The translations under genes were made by a program, and so were the position numbers. DNA of 64,000 nucleotides from an uncultured Pelagibacteraceae bacterium (GTDB taxonomy: Bacteria > Pseudomonadota > Alphaproteobacteria > Pelagibacterales > Pelagibacteraceae), in contig CABYVU010000001.1 in the NCBI GenBank assembly GCA_902522525.1, positions 76,376 to 140,375 on the forward strand, read 5' to 3'. Shown piece after piece: positions 1-11,213 of this stretch (position 1 is the stretch's first letter; the number at the start of each line of letters is the position of its first letter). A model generated the notes under the pieces. The model was not told the DNA's origin. It did not search any database and saw nothing but the letters and a program-made list of their open reading frames with translations.

Positions 1-53
1 TTTGCTTTCATAGAAAAAGCAGTTTTAGGTAAGTTTAAATGTTCCTTGCTCAT
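1..53 (-). CDS. ileS: Isoleucine--tRNA ligase, N-terminal fragment (runs off window)
   Basis: Manual translation MSKEHLNLPKTAFSMKA matches the IleRS N-terminal LNLPKTxFxMKA motif; ATG overlaps the ribF stop (TAATG); ribF-ileS order is typical. Confidence 0.85.
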   Translation of the reverse strand, partial: MSKEHLNLPKTAFSMKA

Positions 54-982
54 TATGTTTTTCTAGCTTTTAAAATATCTTTTTTAATTTGATTTTTTAA
101 ATCACTGATACCTTTGAATTTTTTTTCTCCTCTTATAAATTTTAAAAATTCTACAGATAATTTTTTATTATAAAGATTTCCTGAAAAATTAAAAATATTT
201 ACCTCTAAAAGTATTTTTTTTTGGTTAAATGTGGGTCTATAACCTAAATTTGCAATTCCTTTATAGAATTTTCTTCTATCATTAATTCTGGTTTTTACAG
301 CATAAACACCGGGCTTTGCTATAACATAATTTCCAATATCGATATTGCAAGTTGGGAAACCAATTTTTTGTCCCATCATTCTGCCTCTTTGAACTTTTCC
401 TTCAATTTCCCAGTTTCTTTTCAAAAAAGTATTTGCTTTTGATAGCTTTCCCTCTTCAAGCAACTTTCTAATTATTGTTGATGAGATTATTTTTTTGTTT
501 TTCATCAAAGGCGTTGGATTTATTAAATTATAACTAAAATCATTCTCAAATTTTTTAAGCATTGCTACATCGCCTTCTCTTTTATGGCCAAATCTAAAGT
601 TATTACTAACAAATATAAACTTTGATCTAAGTTTTTTGGATAAAATATTTTTTATGAATTGATAGTAAGTGATTTTGGAAAAATTTTTATCAAATTTTTT
701 ATTAATTACAAAATCAACACCAAATTTTTTTAAATAAATAACTTTTTGATTAAAATTCGATATTCTGTAATTTTTAATTTTTGTATTAAAAAACATTTTA
801 GGTATAGGATCAAAAGTAACAACACCAACTTTAGATTTATATTTTGTTTTATATTTTTTAGCTAACTCAAATAATTTTTGATGCCCTGAATGTAAGCCAT
901 CAAAATTACCTATCAAGATAATTGATTTTTTTAATTTACCTGGAATATTAAAATTATTAAAAATCTTTAATTTTTTTACCAT
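53..982 (-). CDS. ribF: Bifunctional riboflavin kinase/FAD synthetase
   Basis: IGNFDGLHSGH, NFRFGHKREG, ISSTIIR, GFPTCN, GYRPTF and FIRGEKKF motifs. Confidence 0.95.
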   Translation of the reverse strand: MVKKLKIFNNFNIPGKLKKSIILIGNFDGLHSGHQKLFELAKKYKTKYKSKVGVVTFDPIPKMFFNTKIKNYRISNFNQKVIYLKKFGVDFVINKKFDKNFSKITYYQFIKNILSKKLRSKFIFVSNNFRFGHKREGDVAMLKKFENDFSYNLINPTPLMKNKKIISSTIIRKLLEEGKLSKANTFLKRNWEIEGKVQRGRMMGQKIGFPTCNIDIGNYVIAKPGVYAVKTRINDRRKFYKGIANLGYRPTFNQKKILLEVNIFNFSGNLYNKKLSVEFLKFIRGEKKFKGISDLKNQIKKDILKARKT

Positions 983-1791
983 TTTAATTCTTTCTGAAAA
1001 TAGTCAATTTTTGCTTCATAATTTTTAAGTACATTTTTAATTGATAATTTTGAAATTTCTTCTCTATGTATACCACCTGTAATAAGCAATGAATCAAAAT
1101 TTTGTATGTTAGCACCCTTTATATCTGTATTTAAGTTATCACCAATACATAATATTTTTTTGTTATTTACATCTGCTGAAATTTCATAAACAGGTGGATA
1201 CGGTTTACCAAAATAAATCACCTTGCCATCAATTTCTTCAAATGATTTTGCAATTGAGCCTGCGCAATATTCTCTTTTGTCGCCTCGATCAACTATTAAA
1301 TCAGGGTTAGTGCATATCATTTTTTTAGTTATATGTTTTGATAAAAGATTTTTGTAATACCCTAGGTCATTTTCATGTTCTTCAAAAAGACCTGAACATA
1401 ATAAATAATCTGAGTCGTCTATATTAAGCACTTTATTATCTTCAAAAGTTTTAAATAAATCAAAATCTCTTGGTGGTCCTAAGTGAAAAAATTTTTTATT
1501 GTTGAAATTTTCTAAAAGATATCTTTTTGAAGCTTCTCCAGATGTAAAAACTGTATCAGAAAAATCATTTAATCCCATCTTTTTTAGAGTATTAATTACT
1601 GTCAGGTTGGGTCTTGGAGCATTTGTCAATAATATGAATTTTTTTTCATTATTAGATAATTCATTTAAAACTTTGACAGCATTTTCATGCAGCTTTATTC
1701 CGTTGTGTACTACACCCCAGATATCTATGAAAAATAAGTCATATTCACTGAATATAGATTTTAAGCCTGATTCATCTAAATTTTTACTCAT
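976..1791 (-). CDS. HAD-superfamily class IIA hydrolase (TIGR01459-like)
   Basis: DIWGVVHNG, LTNAPR, TNPD, GKPYPPVY and IGDNLNTDIKGA motifs. Confidence 0.9.
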   Translation of the reverse strand: MSKNLDESGLKSIFSEYDLFFIDIWGVVHNGIKLHENAVKVLNELSNNEKKFILLTNAPRPNLTVINTLKKMGLNDFSDTVFTSGEASKRYLLENFNNKKFFHLGPPRDFDLFKTFEDNKVLNIDDSDYLLCSGLFEEHENDLGYYKNLLSKHITKKMICTNPDLIVDRGDKREYCAGSIAKSFEEIDGKVIYFGKPYPPVYEISADVNNKKILCIGDNLNTDIKGANIQNFDSLLITGGIHREEISKLSIKNVLKNYEAKIDYFQKELKW

Positions 1792-1858
1792 ATTTCAGAT
1801 ATAGCTTAAAAATCTAATAAATTCTTGAATTTTCTCATTTATAAATTTGAGGCCAGAT

Positions 1859-1887
1859 CTTGAAATAATAGTCACATGCATCTATAT
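1859..1887 (+). promoter_or_regulatory. RpoH (sigma32)-type promoter of groESL
   Basis: cTTGAAA-N16-CTATAT, resembling the alphaproteobacterial RpoH consensus; AAGGAG Shine-Dalgarno follows. Confidence 0.7.
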
Positions 1888-1911
1888 GAACTCTAATTTA
1901 AAGGAGTAAAT

Positions 1912-2205
1912 ATGAAGTTTAAACCGTTACACGATAGAGTTTTAATCGAAGTTTTGGACAGCAGCGAAAAAACTGCTGGTGGAATTATCATCCCTGATTC
2001 TGCACAAGAGAAACCACAAGAGGGAAAAGTAGTTGCAGTAGGTGGTGGATCAAAAACTGAGGATGGAAAAATTATACCGATGGATGTTAAAGTTGGTGAC
2101 AAAGTTCTTTTTGGAAAATGGTCAGGAACTGAAGTTAAAATTGATGGTAAAGAATACAGCATAATGAAAGAATCAGACATTATGGGTATCTCTACTTCTA
2201 AATAA
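1912..2205 (+). CDS. groES: Co-chaperonin GroES
   Basis: [36 protein letters not shown]. Confidence 0.99.
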   Translation: MKFKPLHDRVLIEVLDSSEKTAGGIIIPDSAQEKPQEGKVVAVGGGSKTEDGKIIPMDVKVGDKVLFGKWSGTEVKIDGKEYSIMKESDIMGISTSK

Positions 2206-2213
2206 ATTAATAA

Positions 2214-3884
<1,671 letters not shown>

Positions 3885-3909
3885 CCCAAAAAGTCTAACT
3901 AAAAATTTT

Positions 3910-3941
3910 AAAAAGGGCAGATTATTCTGCCCTTTTTTTTT
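3910..3941 (+). terminator. Rho-independent terminator after groEL
   Basis: AAAAAGGGCAGA-ttat-TCTGCCCTTTTT followed by a long T tract. Confidence 0.92.
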
Positions 3942-3980
3942 GTTTTCAATTAAAAGTATAAATGTATAAGAACCTCAATC

Positions 3981-5807
3981 ATGAATAATAATATTCGAAA
4001 CATCACTATCATTGCTCACGTTGATCATGGAAAAACAACACTAATTGATAATTTGATGAAACAAAGTGGTTCTTTTAGAGACAACGAAGTAGTTAATGAA
4101 AGATTAATGGATTCTGGAGAGCTGGAAAAAGAAAGAGGAATTACAATTCTTGCTAAGCCTACTTCGATTAATTGGAAAGATACTAGAATAAATATTATTG
4201 ATACTCCTGGTCACAGAGATTTTGCAGCAGAGGTTGAAAGAGTTTTAAGTTTAGCAGATGGTGCATTATTGTTAGTAGACTCTTCAGAAGGCGTCATGCC
4301 TCAAACAAAATTTGTTTTAAGCAAAGCATTAAAACAGGGATTAAAACCAATTGTAGTAATAAATAAATTAGACAAAAGTGATCAAAGGGCTGATGAAGTT
4401 TTAAATGAGACATTTGATTTATTTGTTAGTTTGGATGCTAATGAAGAGCAATTAGATTTTCCAGTATTATACGCAAGTGGAAGGTCTGGTTGGGCATCTA
4501 AAGATATTGACGGACCAAGAGAAAATCTTAATCCGCTATTAGATTTAGTTTTGGACCATGTAAAACCCTCTCAATTTGATACATCAAAACCATTTGCGAT
4601 GCTATCGACGCTACTTTATGCTGATAATTTTTTAGGCAGAAGCTTAGTAGGAAGAATTTCACAAGGGACGGCAAAAGCAAATCAACAAATTAAAGCAATA
4701 AATTTAAAAGGTGAAAAAGTAGATGAAGGTAGACTTACAAAGATCTTTAGATATGAGGGTACAAAAAAAGTGCCCATTGAAGTTGGAGAAGCTGGAGATA
4801 TCGTAGTTATAGCTGGATTAGAAAAAGCAAATGTAGCAGATACTATTTGTGATTTAGAAGTAAATGAACCAATTGAGGCAACACCGATCGATCCACCAAC
4901 AATGTCCATAAAAATAACAGTAAATAGCTCACCATTAGCAGGAACTGAGGGTAAAAAATTAACAAGTACACAGATTAGAGATCGTCTAATTTTAGAAGCT
5001 CAAAACAATGTTGGAATTTCTTTCTCAGAAAACGCAAATAAAGATGCATTTGAGATAAGTGGAAGAGGAGAATTAATGCTCGAAATATTACTAACACAAA
5101 TGAGACGTGAGGGTTTTGAGATGACTGTAAGCCCTCCTAAAGTTTTATTTAAAACTGACGAAAATTCAAAAAAGTTAGAACCCATCGAAGAAATTACTAT
5201 GGATTTAGATGAAGAATATTCATCAAGGATTATTGACTCTATGAATAAAAGAAAGGGAAAATTAATTGAATTAAAAGATACTGGAAAAAATAAAAAAAGA
5301 CTTATTTTTCATGCACCAACAAGAGGTTTAATGGGATACACAAGTAGATTCTTAACTTTAACAAAAGGAACAGGTGTTATTAACAGAATATTTCAATCTT
5401 ACGGAGATTTTGAGGGAGACATGGAGGGTAGAAGAAATGGTGCTTTAATTTCTATGGACCAGGGTAAAGCTGTTGCATTTTCAATTTTTAATTTACAGGC
5501 TAGAGGAGAAATGTTTGTCACTCACAATGATCCGGTTTATACAGGAATGATTGTTGGCTTAGCTCCTAAACCAGGTGATATGATAATTAATGTTATGAAA
5601 GGAAAAAAACTTACTAATATGAGAACACAAGGTACTGATGAAAATATTGTTCTTACGCCTGTAAGACAAATGTCTATAGCAGAACAGTTAAGTATACTTA
5701 ATACTGATGAAGCGTTAGAAATTACACCTAAATCTTGTAGACTTAGAAAAGCGATTCTGGACCCAAACGAAAGAAAAAGAAGCGAAAAACAAAATACTGC
5801 TACTTAG
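3981..5807 (+). CDS. typA: Translational GTPase TypA/BipA
   Basis: AHVDHGKTT, EKERGITILAK, DTPGH, NKLD, GRGEL and C-terminal KKLTNMR...LEITPKSCRLRK. Confidence 0.97.
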   Translation: MNNNIRNITIIAHVDHGKTTLIDNLMKQSGSFRDNEVVNERLMDSGELEKERGITILAKPTSINWKDTRINIIDTPGHRDFAAEVERVLSLADGALLLVDSSEGVMPQTKFVLSKALKQGLKPIVVINKLDKSDQRADEVLNETFDLFVSLDANEEQLDFPVLYASGRSGWASKDIDGPRENLNPLLDLVLDHVKPSQFDTSKPFAMLSTLLYADNFLGRSLVGRISQGTAKANQQIKAINLKGEKVDEGRLTKIFRYEGTKKVPIEVGEAGDIVVIAGLEKANVADTICDLEVNEPIEATPIDPPTMSIKITVNSSPLAGTEGKKLTSTQIRDRLILEAQNNVGISFSENANKDAFEISGRGELMLEILLTQMRREGFEMTVSPPKVLFKTDENSKKLEPIEEITMDLDEEYSSRIIDSMNKRKGKLIELKDTGKNKKRLIFHAPTRGLMGYTSRFLTLTKGTGVINRIFQSYGDFEGDMEGRRNGALISMDQGKAVAFSIFNLQARGEMFVTHNDPVYTGMIVGLAPKPGDMIINVMKGKKLTNMRTQGTDENIVLTPVRQMSIAEQLSILNTDEALEITPKSCRLRKAILDPNERKRSEKQNTAT

Positions 5808-6451
5808 TTCATTATTTTATCAATAATATACAAACTAAAAGCAATACAAGGACCAATTCCAAAAGCAAATATCAAAGTTCCAACACCAATTGTTCCACCC
5901 AAGTACCACCCAACTGAAGCTACAGAAATTTCTATAAAGGCTCTCACAGCAGCAATCGGTAGATTAGTTTTTTTTTGTAAACCAGTCATTAAACCATCCC
6001 TAGGCCCTGGACCTAGATTAGCTATTAAATAAATACCACTCCCAACTCCAACTATCATAACGCCTCCTGCAGCCATTAATAATTTCATAATGTAAGTTTC
6101 AGGGGTTGGTATTAATGCAATTGTAATGTCTAACATTGCTGCAATAATTACGATATTGAATATGGTACCTAGACCAGGTTTTTGTTTTAAAAAATACCAT
6201 GAAGATAAAACGACAACACTTACTATAAAAGTGACAATTCCAATGGATAATCCTAAATTAATTGAAATTCCTTGTGCCATTACAGTCCATGGAGAATTGC
6301 CAATAAATGAAATAACGACTAAGGCTTCGCCAAAACCGAATAATATTAGACCAAAACAAAGGAAGAATAAGGTAGATAATTTTGGCTTTAAATTAAAAGT
6401 CTCGTGAGAACTCCATGAGACTTTGGGAATATTTTTGATAGTAAGGAACAT
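5804..6451 (-). CDS. YczE/YitT-like inner membrane protein
   Basis: Multiple TM helices; GNSPW, GPGPRDGLMTG and GGTIGVGT motifs. Confidence 0.8.
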   Translation of the reverse strand: MFLTIKNIPKVSWSSHETFNLKPKLSTLFFLCFGLILFGFGEALVVISFIGNSPWTVMAQGISINLGLSIGIVTFIVSVVVLSSWYFLKQKPGLGTIFNIVIIAAMLDITIALIPTPETYIMKLLMAAGGVMIVGVGSGIYLIANLGPGPRDGLMTGLQKKTNLPIAAVRAFIEISVASVGWYLGGTIGVGTLIFAFGIGPCIAFSLYIIDKIMN

Positions 6452-6490
6452 ATATTTCGCTATTATTTATACTTTCTTTAAATAAAATCT

Positions 6491-7177
6491 ATGAAAATGA
6501 AACATTTTATTATCGTATCAATAATTATCATGTTTGCTTCTAAAGTGATGGCACATAGCAGTCATTATGAAGGTCTTAAAAAAATTGAGATGGATGTTTT
6601 AAGAAATAACGAAGTTATTGGTAGCACCAACTACTTCTTTGAATTCGATAAAGATTTATTTGTAGTAAAAAATTATACTAATTTCAAAGTAGAGTTATTT
6701 GGCATAACAGTTTTTTCGATATTAAGTGAGACAATAGAAAAGTACAAAGATGATAAATTAGTTTTTTTTAAATCTAATACTTTTCAAAATGATAAGGAGA
6801 AATATGTAAATTTAAATTACGATAAATCTATAAATAAATTCGTTATAGACGGATCATCATACAAGGGTGAAGCCAGTTTAGATTGTACAATTGGGAATTG
6901 GTGGAACCACAAAATTTTAAAAGCTAACAAACAAATCAGTCCTTTATCCGGGAGTATAAAAAAACAGACTGTGAGTTTAATAGGGGATGAAAATATTGAT
7001 ATAAATGGTAAAGAATATTTAACTAAACACTTTAATATTAAATCAAATGATGAAAGTCTTTCTGATGAAAAAAAATTTGAATTTGATGTTTGGTATAATC
7101 CAGAAAATAATTTAATATTAAAAGTAACTTATAATAAAATGGGTAGTTGGGAATATAGATTAAGGAGTTTTGAGTAA
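6491..7177 (+). CDS. Secreted beta-rich protein (DUF6134-like)
   Basis: Signal peptide ending VMA; alternating beta-strand pattern; WWNH and VWYN motifs. Confidence 0.6.
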   Translation: MKMKHFIIVSIIIMFASKVMAHSSHYEGLKKIEMDVLRNNEVIGSTNYFFEFDKDLFVVKNYTNFKVELFGITVFSILSETIEKYKDDKLVFFKSNTFQNDKEKYVNLNYDKSINKFVIDGSSYKGEASLDCTIGNWWNHKILKANKQISPLSGSIKKQTVSLIGDENIDINGKEYLTKHFNIKSNDESLSDEKKFEFDVWYNPENNLILKVTYNKMGSWEYRLRSFE

Positions 7178-7899
7178 TGGCAATATGGGGTAGCATAATT
7201 GGTGGAATGCTAGGTTTTTCAATTGGTGGACCTTTTGGTATGCTTTTAGGATCCTTAATCGGTGGAAAAATGTCAAGGGTTAGATCAGGTGGTGGATTTA
7301 GAACTTTTGCACAGCCACAACAAATATTTGCACTCTCTTTGATAGTTTTATCAGCAAAGCTAAGTAAAGCTGATGGGCAAGTTAGTCGTGAAGAGTTAAT
7401 TGCTGTTAAAGATAAATTAAAAATACCTGAAAGTGAATTAGATCAAGTTGGTAAAATTTTTAATAAAGCTAAAGAGGAAAGTACCGGGTATGAACCATAT
7501 GCAAAACAAATTGCTGAAGTTTATAGAGGAAATATGAATGTATTAGAGGAAGTAATTAATACTCTTTTTTATATTGCTGAAGCTGATGGACACATAAGTG
7601 ACAATGAATTAATAATGATAGAGGATATAGCAAGAATTTTTGGATTAAATCAGACTCAAATTAATGGAATTAAAGAAAGCAGAAAGTCATCAGACAAACT
7701 TAATCCTTATATTGTTTTAGAAAGTAAGCCTGACGACTCACTCGAAGAAATAAGAAAACGGTATATTAAACTTAGCAAAGAGCACCATCCTGATCTTTTA
7801 TTAAGTAAAGGTGTTCCTCAAGAAGTAATAGATGAAAGCAAAGCTAAAATGAGAGCTGTCAATTCAGCATGGGATCAGATTCAAAAATTAAAGAATTAG
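7177..7899 (+). CDS. djlA: DjlA-like co-chaperone (TM + TerB + J domain)
   Basis: Gly-rich N-terminal TM, KLSKADGQVS TerB motif, C-terminal J domain with HPD. Confidence 0.85.
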   Translation: MAIWGSIIGGMLGFSIGGPFGMLLGSLIGGKMSRVRSGGGFRTFAQPQQIFALSLIVLSAKLSKADGQVSREELIAVKDKLKIPESELDQVGKIFNKAKEESTGYEPYAKQIAEVYRGNMNVLEEVINTLFYIAEADGHISDNELIMIEDIARIFGLNQTQINGIKESRKSSDKLNPYIVLESKPDDSLEEIRKRYIKLSKEHHPDLLLSKGVPQEVIDESKAKMRAVNSAWDQIQKLKN

Positions 7900-8178
7900 T
7901 CCTAATAAACTCGCCATAAAATACATAGAAAATACAAAAGCAAGGACCACAATAAAATACATTATTGTAACAATTTTATCTCTTTTCCTTCTTTGTCTTA
8001 CAAATGGCTTATCATCCAAGTCACAAATATCTCTTATGCCAATAACTTTATAATCACAAGTATAACGCCATATTGAGTCGGGCATCCTAGGATCAGTTTG
8101 ATTATAATATTTAATCCATTGAACTGTATATTTAAATAAAAGATAGCTTACTATTAAAAGAAGACCACTAGTAAACAT
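7888..8178 (-). CDS. Small two-TM hypothetical membrane protein
   Basis: Two hydrophobic segments; ATG 11 nt after aceA stop, probably co-transcribed. Confidence 0.65.
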   Translation of the reverse strand: MFTSGLLLIVSYLLFKYTVQWIKYYNQTDPRMPDSIWRYTCDYKVIGIRDICDLDDKPFVRQRRKRDKIVTIMYFIVVLAFVFSMYFMASLLGLIL

Positions 8179-8189
8179 TAATCTACCAT

Positions 8190-9464
8190 CTAAAACTGTT
8201 CAGACTCAGTTGAGCCTTCCATTGCTGTAGTTGAGCTTTTGCCTGAGCTTATTGTATTTGAAACAGCATCAAAATACGATGTACCTACTTCTCTTTGATG
8301 TTTAACGCTTGTGTATCCATCTTTTTCTCTAGCAAATTCATGCTGTTGAATTTTTGAGTAAGCAGTCATACCTTCTGATTTATATTTTTCAGCTAATTCA
8401 AATATTGCGATATTTTGAGTGTGGAAACCTGCTAATGTAATGAATTGAAATTTATATCCCATTTCTCCAATCTTTCTTTGAAATGATCCAATTTCTTCAT
8501 CAGATAAATGTTTCTTCCAATTGAATGATGGTGAACAATTATAAGCTAACATTTTACCAGGAAATTTTTCATGTATAGCATCAGCAAATTTCTTTGCTTC
8601 TTCTAAATTTGGAGTAGCGGTTTCGCACCAAATTAAATCTGCGTATGGCGCATAAGCAAGACCTCTAGAAATTGCTTGCTCTATTCCATCTTTAACATAA
8701 AAGAAACCTTCAGGTGATCTTTCTCCAGTTAAAAATGGTTTATCATTTTCATCAAAATCATTAGTTATTAGCTTTGCTGCATTTGCATCTGTTCTTGCTA
8801 AAATTATTAACGGCACATCTGCAATATCAGCGGCAAGTCTTGCAGCCTTTAAATTTCTAACCATTGTTCCAGTTGGTACAAGAACTTTTCCACCCATATG
8901 ACCACATTTTTTCTCACTAGCTAATTGGTCTTCAAAGTGAACCCCAGCAGCACCCGCTCTAATAAATTTTTTAGTTAATTCAAATACATTTAATGGTCCA
9001 CCAAATCCTGCTTCACCATCAGCTATAATTGGTAACATGTAATCAGTTCTCTTACTTTTATCCATATCACCATCTATCATTTCCATATGTTGAATTTGAT
9101 CAGCTCTTATTAGGGAATTATTCATTGTCTCAACTAATTTTGGTGCACTATCATATGGGTATAAAGATTGATCAGGATACATTTCACCAGCACTGTTAGC
9201 ATCAGCTGCAACTTGCCAACCACTTAAATAAATTGCCTTTAAACCAGCTTTTGCATGTTGAACTGCATGATTGCCTGAAAGTGACCCAAGTGTGTTTACA
9301 TAAGCTTCTGTATTAAGCAGTTTCCAAAGCTTTTGGGACTGCATTTTACACATAGAATACTCAATTTTGATTGAACCTCTTAATCTTTCAACTTCTTCAG
9401 GAGTATAATCTCTTTTAATACCTGCAAATCTTTGTAAATCGTATGAAATGTTCTCAGCTGACAC
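8190..9464 (-). CDS. aceA: Isocitrate lyase
   Basis: [39 protein letters not shown] and HQREVG; GTG start with GAGAGGGG SD. Confidence 0.98.
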   Translation of the reverse strand: MSAENISYDLQRFAGIKRDYTPEEVERLRGSIKIEYSMCKMQSQKLWKLLNTEAYVNTLGSLSGNHAVQHAKAGLKAIYLSGWQVAADANSAGEMYPDQSLYPYDSAPKLVETMNNSLIRADQIQHMEMIDGDMDKSKRTDYMLPIIADGEAGFGGPLNVFELTKKFIRAGAAGVHFEDQLASEKKCGHMGGKVLVPTGTMVRNLKAARLAADIADVPLIILARTDANAAKLITNDFDENDKPFLTGERSPEGFFYVKDGIEQAISRGLAYAPYADLIWCETATPNLEEAKKFADAIHEKFPGKMLAYNCSPSFNWKKHLSDEEIGSFQRKIGEMGYKFQFITLAGFHTQNIAIFELAEKYKSEGMTAYSKIQQHEFAREKDGYTSVKHQREVGTSYFDAVSNTISSGKSSTTAMEGSTESEQF

Positions 9465-9508
9465 TTAAACCCCTCTCTTTTGATTAAATGACTAGAAATG
9501 ACTAATAA

Positions 9509-9670
9509 CTATTTTGAACTGTATTCTTCAGTAAATTCGTTCATTCCACTAGATCCCCAATCGCAATGATCGTCTCTAATGTAAATACCTTTTGACTTAT
9601 GCTCAGAATGCTCTTCTGTATTAGTAATTTGGTAGTTATTTTCGATATTGTTAATTTTGTTTTTTTCCAT
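9509..9670 (-). CDS. Small hydrophilic protein (53 aa) upstream of aceA, absent from the ORF track
   Basis: Manual translation MEKNKINNIENNYQITNTEEHSEHKSKGIYIRDDHCDWGSSGMNEFTEEYSSK*; fills an otherwise long spacer; TAGATT-N17-TATAAA ends 6 nt before the ATG. Confidence 0.6.
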   Translation of the reverse strand: MEKNKINNIENNYQITNTEEHSEHKSKGIYIRDDHCDWGSSGMNEFTEEYSSK

Positions 9671-9773
9671 GTAAACTTTATAATTTACAATATTTACAAA
9701 ATCTACAATTAAATTGATTTTGCTTGTAAAGTCGAATAATTTTGTGTAAATTTAAATTTACAAAATTTACAAA
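9670..9773. promoter_or_regulatory. Array of TTTACAA/TGTAAA operator-like repeats in the divergent aceA-regulator spacer
   Basis: Perfect palindrome TGTAAATTTAAATTTACA at 9745-9762 plus 9-bp-periodic TTTACAA copies; resembles TTTGCAAA sites of RamB/PccR. Confidence 0.65.
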
Positions 9774-9780
9774 TAGTAAA

Positions 9781-11205
9781 ATGAGTCAAATTGATACAAA
9801 AATTGGTCCAAAAATCAAAGCTTTTAGAAGGCAATTAGGAATTCAGGCTAACAAATTAGCAGAAGAAATGTCTATTTCACCAAGCTATTTAAATCTAATA
9901 GAGAGTGGAAAAAGAAAAATTGATGGAGACTTACTTTTAAAGGTTTGTGATAAACTTAAAATAGAGCTTTCCGATCTTACAAGCAAAACAGACATAAATC
10001 TTGAGAATAATATTTCTGAATTATTGGGGGATGAACTTTTTGAGGATCTTGATATCCTTGGACCAGAAGTAAAGGATTTAGTTAATACAAATCCAAAAAT
10101 TGCTAAAGCTTTAATTAAACTAGGTGATAACTTTAAACAAAAAGATCATGAAATTTTTAACAAATTAGAAAATATTTCAGGTAAAATTATTGATGGGAGA
10201 AAAAACGCGTTTCCTGGAGAAGTAATTTCAGATTTTTTACAAGAAAATAAAAATTTTTTTCCAAAATTAGAAGAATTTGCCAATAATATTTTTGACAAAG
10301 TAAAACAAAATAATAGAACAAGATATATTGCCTTATGTCAGTTTTTAAAAGATGAATATGGCATAACTGTAAAAGATGTAATACCTAAAGAAGGAAAACC
10401 ATTCTCAAAGATATATAAAGTAAAAGACAAAGAATTACTATTATCTGATTATCTTTCACTTGAAACAAAAAAACTTTTTGCTGCAGCACAAATTTCTCAA
10501 GAAGGCGCATCAAAAGAAATTGATGAATACCTTACTACATTTAATTTTCCAACTGAAGAGTCAAAAAAATTAACAAGAGTTGCGCTTTTAAATTATTGTG
10601 GTGCTGCAATATTGATGCCCTACGCTCTTTTTCATAAAGAATGTAAAGAATTAAAATACGATTTAGAACTTTTGCAAAATACATTTGCAACCTCTTTTGA
10701 GCAGGTAGCTCATAGAGTAACATGTTTACAAGATCCAAAACTTCCTGGAATACCTTTTCATTTTTTAAGGGTAGATGTTGCTGGAAATATTTCAAAAAGA
10801 TTTTCATTATCAGGTATAGAGATACCAAGATATGGAGGAGCTTGTCCAAGATGGAATGTCTACTCAGCTTTTTCAAGACCAGGTGTTATTCAAGCAGCAG
10901 TTAGTAAAATGACTAATGGAGAGAAATATGTTTGTATTGCAAAAACTGTTGAAAAGGGCGTTGGAAGGTATGGACAAAAAAAAAGTATGTTATCAATAGG
11001 TCTTGGTTGTGAAGCAAAATATGCGAAAGAATTTGTATATACTGAAAACTTAGATCTCAGTGACAAAAAATCTGAATTAGCTATTGGAGTATCATGTAGA
11101 ACATGTGACAGACTTGATTGTTCACAGAGAGCTTTCCCTCCTCTTCATAAAAAATTTGATGTAGATATTAATTCTAGAGGAGTTTCGGTTTACGTAAATG
11201 AGTAA
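9781..11205 (+). CDS. Short-chain fatty acyl-CoA regulator (ScfR/RamB/PrpR family: XRE HTH + IrrE-like + DUF2083)
   Basis: ISPSYLNLIESGKR HTH, SFEQVAHR, RVDVAGNISKR, GACPRW and CRTCDRLDCSQRAFP; start moved from TTG 9742 to ATG 9781. Confidence 0.92.
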   Translation: MSQIDTKIGPKIKAFRRQLGIQANKLAEEMSISPSYLNLIESGKRKIDGDLLLKVCDKLKIELSDLTSKTDINLENNISELLGDELFEDLDILGPEVKDLVNTNPKIAKALIKLGDNFKQKDHEIFNKLENISGKIIDGRKNAFPGEVISDFLQENKNFFPKLEEFANNIFDKVKQNNRTRYIALCQFLKDEYGITVKDVIPKEGKPFSKIYKVKDKELLLSDYLSLETKKLFAAAQISQEGASKEIDEYLTTFNFPTEESKKLTRVALLNYCGAAILMPYALFHKECKELKYDLELLQNTFATSFEQVAHRVTCLQDPKLPGIPFHFLRVDVAGNISKRFSLSGIEIPRYGGACPRWNVYSAFSRPGVIQAAVSKMTNGEKYVCIAKTVEKGVGRYGQKKSMLSIGLGCEAKYAKEFVYTENLDLSDKKSELAIGVSCRTCDRLDCSQRAFPPLHKKFDVDINSRGVSVYVNE

Positions 11206-11213
11206 AATATAGC

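Noticed and set aside
9742-9780. TTG-started N-terminal extension of the ScfR regulator
   Set aside because: It consists of the operator-like repeats; ATG 9781 gives a normal XRE N-terminus
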